A DNA stretch of 64,000 nt, taken from NCBI GenBank assembly GCA_001179505.1, contig CDMY01000227.1, positions 124,001 to 188,000 of the forward strand, in the 5' to 3' direction. The translations under genes and the position numbers were made by a program. The stretch is from Vitrella brassicaformis CCMP3155 (Eukaryota; Protista; Chromerida). Of this stretch, positions 52,527 to 62,940 are shown piece after piece; position 1 is the first letter of the stretch; every line of letters begins with the position of its first letter. The notes below the pieces were generated by a model that saw only the letters and a list, made by a program, of their open reading frames with translations, did not search any database and had not been told where the DNA came from.

Positions 52527-54257
52527 CTAAGCCTTCTTGGTCTTCTTCCTGGCAGCTCTCCGTGTCCTCTTCCTCATCTGCTCCCTCCACTTGCGCGCCG
52601 CTTCTTTCTTCGCACGCGCCCGCATCGCCTCCTCGTTCGCCTCCTCATCGGTTGTGTCACCACCCCCCGCTGACACCATACGCGCGGCGAGCGACTCCTG
52701 AGGCAGGAACTCATCTCCTGGCCGGCTCGTCACGCCCTGACACACACACCAGACTGAGTGTGTGTGTGTGTGCATGTGGTGGTGAGTGAGCATTGTCCAC
52801 CCACCTGTGTGAGTGCTGATGGCTCTGCCCTCCTGGGCGGTGCTGCTGGTGACGACGACACGACCTTGGCGACCTTCCTCTTGACCACCTTCCTGCTCGA
52901 CGGGGTAGCCTGCGACTGAGGTGGCCGCGGGGCCGCCGGCGGCGGGGGCTGGCTGGTGGCTCGTGACACAGGAGGCTGCCTCTCCTCTAATACTGGTGCT
53001 GACACACCGCCCCCCTCTCCCTCTCCTCCGTCAGGCCGCCTTGGCTGGGAGGGCGGCAGGGCGACAGGTGGTGCGGGGGGGCTGTCGGGGTTCTCTGCCT
53101 CGAGCAGTGCTGCCTCCGCAGCGGCCTGCTCGTTGACCTCTCCGCCAACACCGAACGCCTGTTCGCGGATCTTTTCCTCAAACTCCTGCAGAAGAAAGGA
53201 AGATCACATCACACACACACACGAGGGTGTGGTGTGTCCTGGGTGTGTGGAGGTGAGGTGCCGCGCGTCCGTCAGTCAGTCCGTACGCACGCACCAGTTC
53301 TTTCTGCAGGGCCTGTATGTTGGGGTCTTTCCTCTTGAGCTCCTCGATGTCCCAGATGGCGTACTTGGTCTGGTTCTGGTCGTTCCACAAAGCGAAATAC
53401 CAACCGGCTGATATATGAACGGACGGACCCACCCGACACACATGAGGAGAGAGAGATTGAATGCACAAAAGTGTGTGTGTGTGTGTGCATGTGTGTGTAT
53501 GTCGTTTGCGAACTTTCTTCGTATTTCTCTGAGAGTGGCGATGGCTTTCTGATTGACTTCGGCACGAGTGCGTCGAGGGCCTTGGTGTACGGCTGCACGA
53601 CCTTCTTCCGAGCCCACCACTGCACACACACACACACACACACAAGGCAGGGTTGGCAAGGGTAATGCAGGAGAAAACGGCCTAGGGCTGTGTGTGTGTG
53701 TCTGTATTTGTACCTCTTCCTCTGTGGCGAAGAAGAGGCTCTTGCCGGGTTTGAGCTTGTAGGCCTTGAACTTGATCTCCTGCATGGAGTCACGGGCACA
53801 CCCATTAATGCCCATGCATCACACTACACTCATCGATGTCACTGCCACGTGCGTCCATAACATACCGGCCACGCCCTTTGGAAGTAGCCCTGCCCCTCAT
53901 ACTCGGGCGTGCAGTCCGCCAACGCACGGTAGATGTCAGACAACTGACAGACACATGGGACGGACGATACACACAAAGCACAGAAGCGTAATGACACGTG
54001 CTTGCAAGCACATGTGTGTGGGCTGTCGTCAATTACCCTTTTGGTGAGGAGTTTGTACTGCTTGGGCAGCCCCTCCATTATGTGCACCAACCGACGCAGA
54101 CGAGCCCGAAGCTGACGAAGCAGAAAGACGCGCAGACACCCAGGCAGGGGTCGTGGCAGTCAGTGCGGTTGGCTGTGTCCTTGCCATCCATTTGCTCACT
54201 CACCTCGACGGTGTCCATGTTGAAGGTGGGACAGAACTGCAGATGGGCCACCCTGTC

Positions 54258-54288
<31 letters not shown>

Positions 54289-56170
54289 CCCGCGCAGACA
54301 GAAAAGAGCTTGAGGTCACATATATGTGCGCACCATCATCCCCCGCTCACTTGCGTATTTCGACGAAGGTGCCCAGCCTGAGAGCGACCTCCAGGAAGCG
54401 CAGCTCAGGAGGGAGCTCGGAAATGATGGCGGGGCTATTGGTGACCTTCTGGTTGAGCTGGCCAAACGCGTAAGTGATGTACAGCGACTCCCGCAGAGTC
54501 GGCATCATCTCCCCTAATTCCTGATGGATGGGCAGGCAGGACACACACACACAGTGGCCTGCGTGTGTGCCAAACTCTCTCTCTCTCTCTCTCTCTCTCT
54601 GACCTCTGGGGTGCGCTCTTGAAGGTCTTCGTTGGTGATCTTCTTTTGCCTGCAACACACATGAGGGAGTGGTTGGCCTTCGTATATTTGTCAGTGTGTC
54701 GAGTGAGTCAGTCAGTCAGACTGACAGGATGGCGACGTCGATGGTGTCTCTGCGCTTGTTCTCCCACTCCGCCAGGCACGCCTTGGCCACTACCCAAAAG
54801 GCAGCTACCTCGGCACCGGTCACGCCAGCCAAATCCCTATTACACAGACAGGCACGAACCGAGATATGTTGACCACCACACAGACAGACATCCTTATATA
54901 TCATGTGTTCGGCAGTGTGTGCTCACTCGACGTTGTACTCGCCCGACACAAACTCAGGTTTGAACGTGCTGCCCACTGCAATGCCGTCGCGCAGCCGCAG
55001 CTCAGCATCCTTGATCATCTGCTTGAGGGGGCCAGCCAGCCTCTCCTCCTCGAGCATGTACATGTACCTCAGGTCCCTGTACTCACGGGCGATGTCCAGC
55101 TGGTCCTCCATCTGAGCCCTCAGCTTGAGAGTGCCCAGGAGCTGCTTGAGGTCGGTGCCCAGCATGTCGAAGTTGACCTCCACCCAACGGCGGAACTCCT
55201 GACGGCCCGCCAGACACGCTGCCTGCATCACACATATGCACAGGGATCGATGAATAAGGCTGGTGCGATTGTGCGTGTGTGTGCGCGCCATCCATCCGCT
55301 CACCTTCATTGCTGTGACGACCTCCTTATAGTCTGCGTCAAGCGGCAACCTGATGAGAGAAGAGATAAGAGATGGGGGAGAGCGCGACGCGCGTGACGCG
55401 TCCACCATTACTCACCTGAGTGGTTCCCTCTCCCTGTTGATGGTAGGTGTGGGCCAGCACACGGCCACCTGGCCTTCATTCGTCGCAGGCACTTCCACCG
55501 GTCGCCTGAACACGATCAGGCGGAAGCAAAATAATGAATGATCCAGATGGATGCATCACCAGCCCCTTCACAGCCTGCCGTGCCTCTCTACCTGGTGAAA
55601 GGGTCGAGGACAAAGTCCCTGCCGTCACGATTGATCACCCCAGGAGCAGTCCGCACCCTGCCAGCGGCCTGCAACCACAGAAAGACATACATGGTGAAAG
55701 GTGGGAGGTGGCATTCATTCCCAAGCAAGATCTTCTCCTTTGCTTCGCCTCGCCCACCACTTGTCCGGTTTCTTCTTCCTCCGTCTCGACGGTGCGGTAC
55801 CGGGCCATCGACAGACGCGACAGATGCGCACGACTCCGCCCAGCTGACACACGAACGGGCTGCACTTCTGGCCGATAACAGGACGGCTGCAAGGGAGGGA
55901 GATGATTCAATGATCAGTCATCACTGTTAACACAAGCATATATGGTGATTGACTCATGATTCGTGTAAGTACCGCTGGCAGGATGAATGAAGGCCGTGAT
56001 GTCCTCCGGAGCTCTGCAGCTGCTCTCCGAGGCCTCAAGTACAGCAGCGCCAAGCTCAACCATGACGGAAAAACCATGCACAGCCTCCACACTGACGAGC
56101 GCCTCTCGCGAAGACGTTGCCTTGAAGTTGTTGCATCAGATCTACGCCTTGAGCCGCTATCCATCTGCAT
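52527..56170 (-). CDS. Hypothetical multi-exon protein with bipartite plastid-type leader; no family recognised
   Basis: Leader ...MVFPSWLSLALLYLRPRRAAA...SFILPA|PSCYRP...RAHLSRLSMAR. Coding-like exons RLPLDADYKEVVTAMK, AACLAGRQEFRRWVEVNFDML..., WYFALWNDQNQTKYAIWDIEELK. Acidic/Pro-rich then Lys/Arg-rich C-terminus; stop 52527. Could be more than one gene. Confidence 0.55.
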
Positions 56171-56353
56171 CCTCAGCTTCGTTGGGCAGACCATTGGACA
56201 CGCAAAGCGCAGCCTTCACTGCATTGGTGCTTTGATAAACTGCTGTTCGGTGATTGGAAACTGTTTCCTCCCCTTGCCCTGCGACAGCCCCTTGCTTCCC
56301 CTGCGGCTTCCCAGAGAGCGGTTTCACGGACTGTCCTAAGCGGCTTCCCACTT

Positions 56354-56363
56354 TGCGAGCTTA
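56354..56363 (+). promoter_or_regulatory. Candidate promoter motif TGCGAGCTTA
   Basis: Lies between the plastid-leader orphan and the SDR gene. Confidence 0.45.
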
Positions 56364-56434
56364 AATGGGACGATCTCGCAAAGAGGCGCAGATCTTGCGT
56401 GTGCGTACAGACTACGCATTGCCTGCTGATCCTG

Positions 56435-58190
56435 ATGCTCAATAAGCCTCTTCTTTCATCCCGGCTGCCCCCCCTCATCGCCGTCTTTATCCAACCTTTC
56501 CTTGTGGTCAGCAACAGACCATCACAATCCATCAATCCAAAACACTACAAGGCCGCGCTTCTCTCTGCTGACTCACTTGTCTGTCTGTCTGCAGAGTGCC
56601 TTTCGCTCTATCCTGGTGTCTTCACACTCGCTCAACCGTCGTGCACGAAGCCCTCTCGCGGCTCACTGGAGGACAGCGCGACGAACGAGCATGTCAAGCG
56701 CATCGACAGAAGTAAGCGAGCGCATGTGGACTGACTGGCACCGCATCGCCTCGTTGTATGCTGTATGGTGGATATCTGCGCTGCGTGTCGTTCAGGCCAA
56801 CGGTCGGCTCCCCATTGATTCAGCACTGATTGTTGGGTGTGGCTACGTGGGGTCTGCTGTGGGCAAGGCGCTGAGGGAGCAGGGTGTGCGTGTGGAGGCC
56901 ACCACCACACGCCCCGAGAGGGCCAGCGACCTGCTGGACGAGGGCGTGGTCGACTCGGTGTGCACCATACCCACTGAAGCGCCCGGTGACGCGAGCAAAG
57001 ACCCAATGACGGGTGCGCTTCATGAGGCTGACGCTGTGTTCATCGCTGTGGCGCCGGGGTAACGGATAGAACAACATGTGGTTGCCAGGCAGGCATGCAG
57101 TTGATGTGTGTGTGTTGCTGTCCTTGAGTGCAGGCGCTCGATGAGGGGCGTGCCCGACGCGTATCCCAAGACCTATGTGGGGACTGTGCGTCGGGTGCTG
57201 AAGGGCCTCGAGGGCAAGAAGAAGCCTACACGGGTGGTCTACATCAGCAGCGGAAGTAGGCAGACAGACAGACAGACTGACTCTCAGACAGAGGGATGCC
57301 CAATAGGATCTTCTTGTGCCTCCTTGCTCTTCTCTTCCCTTTAGGTGTGTACGGGACGTACGACGATGGTCGAATCGTCACCGAGGACACCCCGCCAGCC
57401 AACCCCAGCGACAACCAACAGACGCTGATCGAGGCAGAGAAGGTACACAGCACCCACCCAACCTGCCTTTCTGCATCAACACGCCACGCCCCTTTCCTTC
57501 ACACATCACTCTCCCCGCTACTGTCATACGGATGGATGTCTTCAGCTGCTGTTGGATGCCGCCAAGGCCTCCCAAGACATGATCCGCGTAAGCATCCTTC
57601 GGCTGGCGGGCGTGTGGGGCCCCAACAGACCCATCAGGAGTGTGGTTGAGAGAGTGGCGGGCCAGGAAGTGCCAGGGACGGGCGAGACATTCGTGCACTG
57701 GACGCACCTCAAGGACATTGTGGCTGCCTCCCTGTTCGCCCTGAGGAATGGGCTGGAGGGCGCTTACAACGTCTGCAGCCCACCCGTCCTGAGGAAGAAG
57801 CTCTATGATGTGGTCAGTCAGTCGGTCGACAGAGAGGAGGAGATAGATGGACACATTGTTCGCATGCTGGTGTGATCTTTGGGGTGTGTTGTGCTCTTCA
57901 TGTTCAGATCTGTGAGCTCGAAGGCCTTCTGCCCGTCAAATGGCAGGGCCCCGGGGAAGGAGGGTGAGCACACACACGCACCTACACAAACAAATGGGGT
58001 GATGTATGTCTGTCTATCTCTGTGTGTCTGCTGTTATTGTGTGTGTGTGTGTGTGTGTGTCAGTGAGTACACAGGTCGTGGCGGCAACAAGCGGCTGGAC
58101 TGCAGCAAGATCACGGGGCTGGGCTTCAAGCTGCTAGTGCCAGACACCATCCAGGAGCTGCAGAACGCATACCAAACGGTGGCCGACTGA
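56435..58190 (+). CDS. Atypical SDR / NAD-dependent epimerase-dehydratase (YeeZ-like) with bipartite leader
   Basis: ALIVGCGYVGSAV (GxGxxG), VVYISSG/SVYG, ILRLAGVWGP, HWTHLKDIVAA, YNVCS, NKRLDCSKI.GLGF. Leader ...LIAVFIQPFL|SAFRS.... Confidence 0.88.
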
Positions 58191-58431
58191 TCGCATCCAT
58201 CGCATCGCATGAGTCTGTCAAACAAACATGAGCCTGACTGGGTCTGTGCATGACAAACGGATTGATGGATGGATGGACCTATTTGTTAGTGGACAGATGC
58301 GACGCTGCGCGTGAGACAGAGAGATTTGTCGATCCGTATCCATTACCAGATTCCGATCTGTTAAATGTCTTGTGGGGCCCCCATTGTGTCCAACGTTCTG
58401 CAGTCAACGTTCCTCCTCGTGAGTCTGCGCA

Positions 58432-61400
58432 ATGAAGCTATGTGGCTTGTCGACCGCCGCTGTGGCGTCATGGGGCCTCACCATCTTACTCGTCATCGTG
58501 TCAGCCGCCGCCCATTCTCGTCACTTGGAGTGCGGCCGGCGCCCTTGTGGCTCAGAGCTTCAACGACACAAAATGGGGCGCTGTCCACTATGCCGACCAC
58601 CCCTTCTATCACCAGAACGACAAGGAAGACTCCCCCATGCTAAGGGGGCTGCAAGTTGAAGCCGACAACAGCACTGGCAGCGTGACTCATTTTGTGCCAA
58701 TGCGGATCTTCTTGCACAACGACGGAATGAGCGAGTCCCTCACGGACACTGCCTTGCGAGAGTATGTTGTGGGGGACGTGCTGCCGACGGCGACTTTGTG
58801 GATCCAGGTGCATGTGTGGATGGAACCTTCTCTTTGCCGACAGACACCTGTCGCCTTTTTCTTTTGCAGGAGCTGTTGAGTGTCATTCCTGTCCAAGGCA
58901 AGCTGGAGCTGGAACCCTTCTGCTCGGCAGCATGGTGAGCATGGCAAGTCACGGGAGGTCGATCCCTCGACATGACATTTGTTGTGGTCTCAATCAATTC
59001 TCTTCATTCAGGACGTCGTCTCAGGGAGACAGCATCTGCGCTGTGCTGGGCAGCAACTACAACACATGCGGCGAGAGCATTGTTCCAGAGGACCACTTTA
59101 AGGAGACGGCCGTCTGCGCCTCCAGCCCGTCCGACTGTGCAGCCCCCTTTGGTGGCAATGGGCCATCAGACAGTGACTTCATCCTCTATGCCTCAGCCAC
59201 GAAGTCCGCAAACTGCGTGGGCAACCGGCTGGGTTATGGAGGATCTTGCTTTCGCGACCAATACGACAGGCCCGTTGCTGGATTCGTCAACCTCTGCCCC
59301 GACATGCTCGTGGGCCATCTCGACCCACAGGAGTGGCGGAGCGAGATCGGCTTTGTAGTGCATGAGATCTTCCATGCACTTGGCTTCTCTGGCTCAGACA
59401 TTGCCTTCTTTCGCGATGACAGGTGCGCCCGAGGGACGCACCAACACCGAACATCGATATATGTGTGTGTGGTTTGACAGCGGGAATCCCAGGACTGCGA
59501 GGGGCTCCAATGGCCGCCCGCCGCTGGACAACACCTACGGCCTTCTCTATGCTCCCGACAGCACCTCTGCAGAGATAACTGAGGCAGACGGCAACACTAG
59601 ACTCAAACTGACCACACCAAAAGTCAAGGAAATCGGTGAGTCAGCCAGCTGCCATGTGCGTCTCTCGTTGTCACGAGCTGTCTGTCTATTGGGTGCAGGT
59701 CGGCAGTACTTCGGCTGCCCCAATCTTGACGGCGTCTATATGGAGAATGAGGGCGGGCAGGGAAGCGCCTTCAGCCACTGGGAGCGGCGGCTCCTCTACA
59801 GCGAGACCATGGCATCCGTCAGCAGCAAATTCGACACCCTGTCGGCCTTCACACTCGCCTTCTTTAGAGACAGTGGGTGGTACCTTCCCGACTTCTCAAT
59901 GGCATCGTCGTTCCCATGGGGAGACGCGGCATTCAATGGCGATGGATGCACGTTTGTCGAAGGCCCCTGCGTGCCATCGCTGGAGAGCGAGCAGGCGCAC
60001 TGAATGCGACATCGTCCACACTGCCGTTCTGCCTGGACACCACTCGGTGAGGGGCACTGCATGTACCACACACTCGGTGACAGACAGGCACAGTTGCCTC
60101 CCTCTCCCTCCCTCCCTCTCTTTTCATGTGTCTGTGTAGGGATCACTGTTCGCAGAACCGAGTGGCCAAAGGCATCTGTGCACTGAGTGACTTCAGCACT
60201 GTCGGCCTCACCGTCCCACAGTGGGGCCAATACTTCAGTGACGATCCTTATCTCGCGGGCAGCGACGCGGCCGTCGACTATTGCCCCGTCAAGGTGCCCT
60301 ACGGCAACGGCGACTGTACCGACATCGGCAATTACCAGTCCTGGAATGCCGTCTACGGCAACATATACGGGCAAAGCAGCAGGTGCTTCGATTCCTCCCT
60401 GCTGCGACCGAACTATGGCTACACCCCCGGCAAGACAGCCGACACACTGGACGGCCAGTGCTTCGCCCGGACATGCATCGAGGGTCCGGCGGGGCCGGGG
60501 GGCACCAAGACGTTTGTTGCTGTGGAGTTCAACGTTTTGACGGACGATGCTGGGACAGAGGTGACTTTGAGATGCGATGCCGGTGAGGTGGGGACGCGCA
60601 AGACCGTCGCGGGGATGCAGGGGGTGGTGGAGTGCCCCAGTGTGGACCAGATCTGCTGGGGGTACCCTTGTGAAAATGGCGGCGTCTGGAAGAACCACAG
60701 GCAACTAAGGAGACAGAGAGAGACATCCCTTTCCTGCCGGTACTTTCCTGCTTATACGTTTCTCTTCGGCCTGTCCGTCTGTGCAGGTGTGTGCGTACGC
60801 TGGGCTTCATCGGCTCTCGGTGCACCATCCCTGACAGGGCCGACCTCCGCCTGACCACCCCGAGCCACTATCATTATGAGCCATCACAAATCACCCTGCT
60901 GGCCGGCAACTACCATGAGCTCACTCCCTCCGTCCAGGGCTCCCCCGCCTCCTTCTCGGCTGTCACACAGCTGCCACTGGGCATGACCATCGACCCAGCC
61001 ACTGGCGTCATCAAAGGTAGGTAGGTACACGGAAGAGAGACATGTGTCATTGATACAATACCTGCACACGTGTCTCTCTCTCTTTCTGTCCTGGGTCAGG
61101 TGTGCCGTCGTCTGCCCTGCCGTGCACCCCTTTCACCCTGTCAGCAGCAAAGGGCATCGAAGAGGCCCGGGCGCTCGTCTTCCTAGCGGTGGTGAGCGAT
61201 TCATCCGCCAAGCCGACCAGCGTGTGGAGCGACTGTGCCGCGTGGAGTGAGGGCACCCAGGGCACCGCCGCACCCACACCCGCACCGGCCGATGCAGCCC
61301 CGACATCACACCCACAGCCATCGGTGACGACGACGCCGGGCAACAATGGTGGCGGAGGCAACACGAGTGGTGGTGGCGGGTCGGTGACGCAAGCACCGGG

Positions 61401-61563
61401 TGGGACAGGCGGGGCGCCTGGAGGGGGTGATGGGGGGGATGACACTTCTGGTGGGGATGTTGGTGACGACCCTGACAATGCAGCTGTGGGGCGGTGGGGC
61501 GTCGGTGGGTGGGCTGTGTTGGTGGGGGTGCTTGCTGTCTTGGCGGCCATGTATGCGGGGTGA
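58432..61563 (+). CDS. Leishmanolysin/GP63-like M8 metallopeptidase with EGF-like and putative-Ig (He_PIG-like) modules and GPI-type tail
   Basis: Signal peptide. DQYDRPVAGFVNLCP, VVHEIFHALGFS (HExxH), YFGCPNLDGVYMENEGGQGSAFSHWERR, ETMAS (Met-turn), DYCP, SRCF. Then CENGG...GFIGSRC, LPLGMTIDPATGVIKGVP, a Thr/Pro/Gly linker and a hydrophobic C-terminus. The 5' junction near 58490-58560 is unresolved. Confidence 0.9.
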
Positions 61564-62940
61564 CTGTACTGTGAGATGGGCGAGTTGAATGAAATGAGTG
61601 AGACACACTCGTTTGCTTCCTGGCTGTTGGTTTGTCAATCAAATGAACGAACCGTTTTGTACAAACAATAGATGGTTCGTGGGACTCACTCCACCCCCAC
61701 CGACACGAATGCATTGATTGACACGATAGATATATGTGTTGGTCCATCCATCCATCCATCAGCGCCACAGACAGCGAGACCTCTCTGCTGGTCCCGGCAG
61801 CGACGCATACACATACTAACATCATCGCGTACACACACCACGCCACGCCACGCCACGCCTACCCACACACGTGACGTACTCACATATTACATACATTACG
61901 GCATGCCATGCGGGAAAACTATCAAAGCAATGGAGGCGACGCCTCTTCCCAACTCTTCCAAAGAAACCATGGTTTACAAAGAGAGGGGGCGGGCGCGCAT
62001 GGACGCACCGCCCCGCACCACACCACCCCAGGGGCCAGGCCAAGCATCCCCCTCCCCCCTGCCGCCCCTTCCCTCCCTCTCTCCCTCTGTCGATGATGCT
62101 GTGCAACACAGTCAGCAGATGTGACTGTACACAGAAGGGGTGCAAACAAAGAGGCGCAGAACTGTGCTGCCCGCAGAGAGACAAGAGGGACACGGAGAGG
62201 CAGAGAGGGAGTGTGTGTGTGTGCATGTGTATAGACAGCCAGCCAGACAGCCAGATCGACAGACAGACCTAAGCCAGAAATACGACATTGGCCAATGCAG
62301 CCAGGCAGGCAGGCAGGCAGGCCGCGACCACACGCACCAGACCCACTCACTCACAGGCGACAGACAGACAAACACACCAATCCAGCACCAGCATCAATCA
62401 GCAGCCATCCCAGCACCCAACTAAGTCACCAATCCCACTTATCAGTTTTCCCTCTCTCTCTCTCTCTCTCTCTTGTCATCTTGGCCACCAAAACAGACAG
62501 CAAACAGCCAGCTCATAGCAGTCAGTCAGTAAGGTAGGAGGCAAACAATGGTACAATGCAGTGCATGAGTGCACTCATTCCATCACACGACAAAACAATG
62601 GTACACCCCATCAGCCGAGACTAGAAGGAGCCAGAGAGAGAAAGCGACAAAGAGCCGTACGTGTAGTCAGTCAGTATGCACAGAGAAAAATGCGATCGGG
62701 GGAGAACAAGAAGCAGGCCAATAAGCCTGCCCCCCTCGTCCCCACACCATCCATCCATCCATCCACTCGGCCATATCATGCCTGCCTGCCTGCATCAACC
62801 ATCCATGCGCTGCATCACACCATGGTCCCAGACTGTCTGTCCTGTCCAGCAGCTCTCGCCGCGTTTATATCGATACGCGAGAGCGCCGGCCAAAGTCACA
62901 CACACCCGCACCCAGGCAGACGACGCCCACACGAGGCAGG

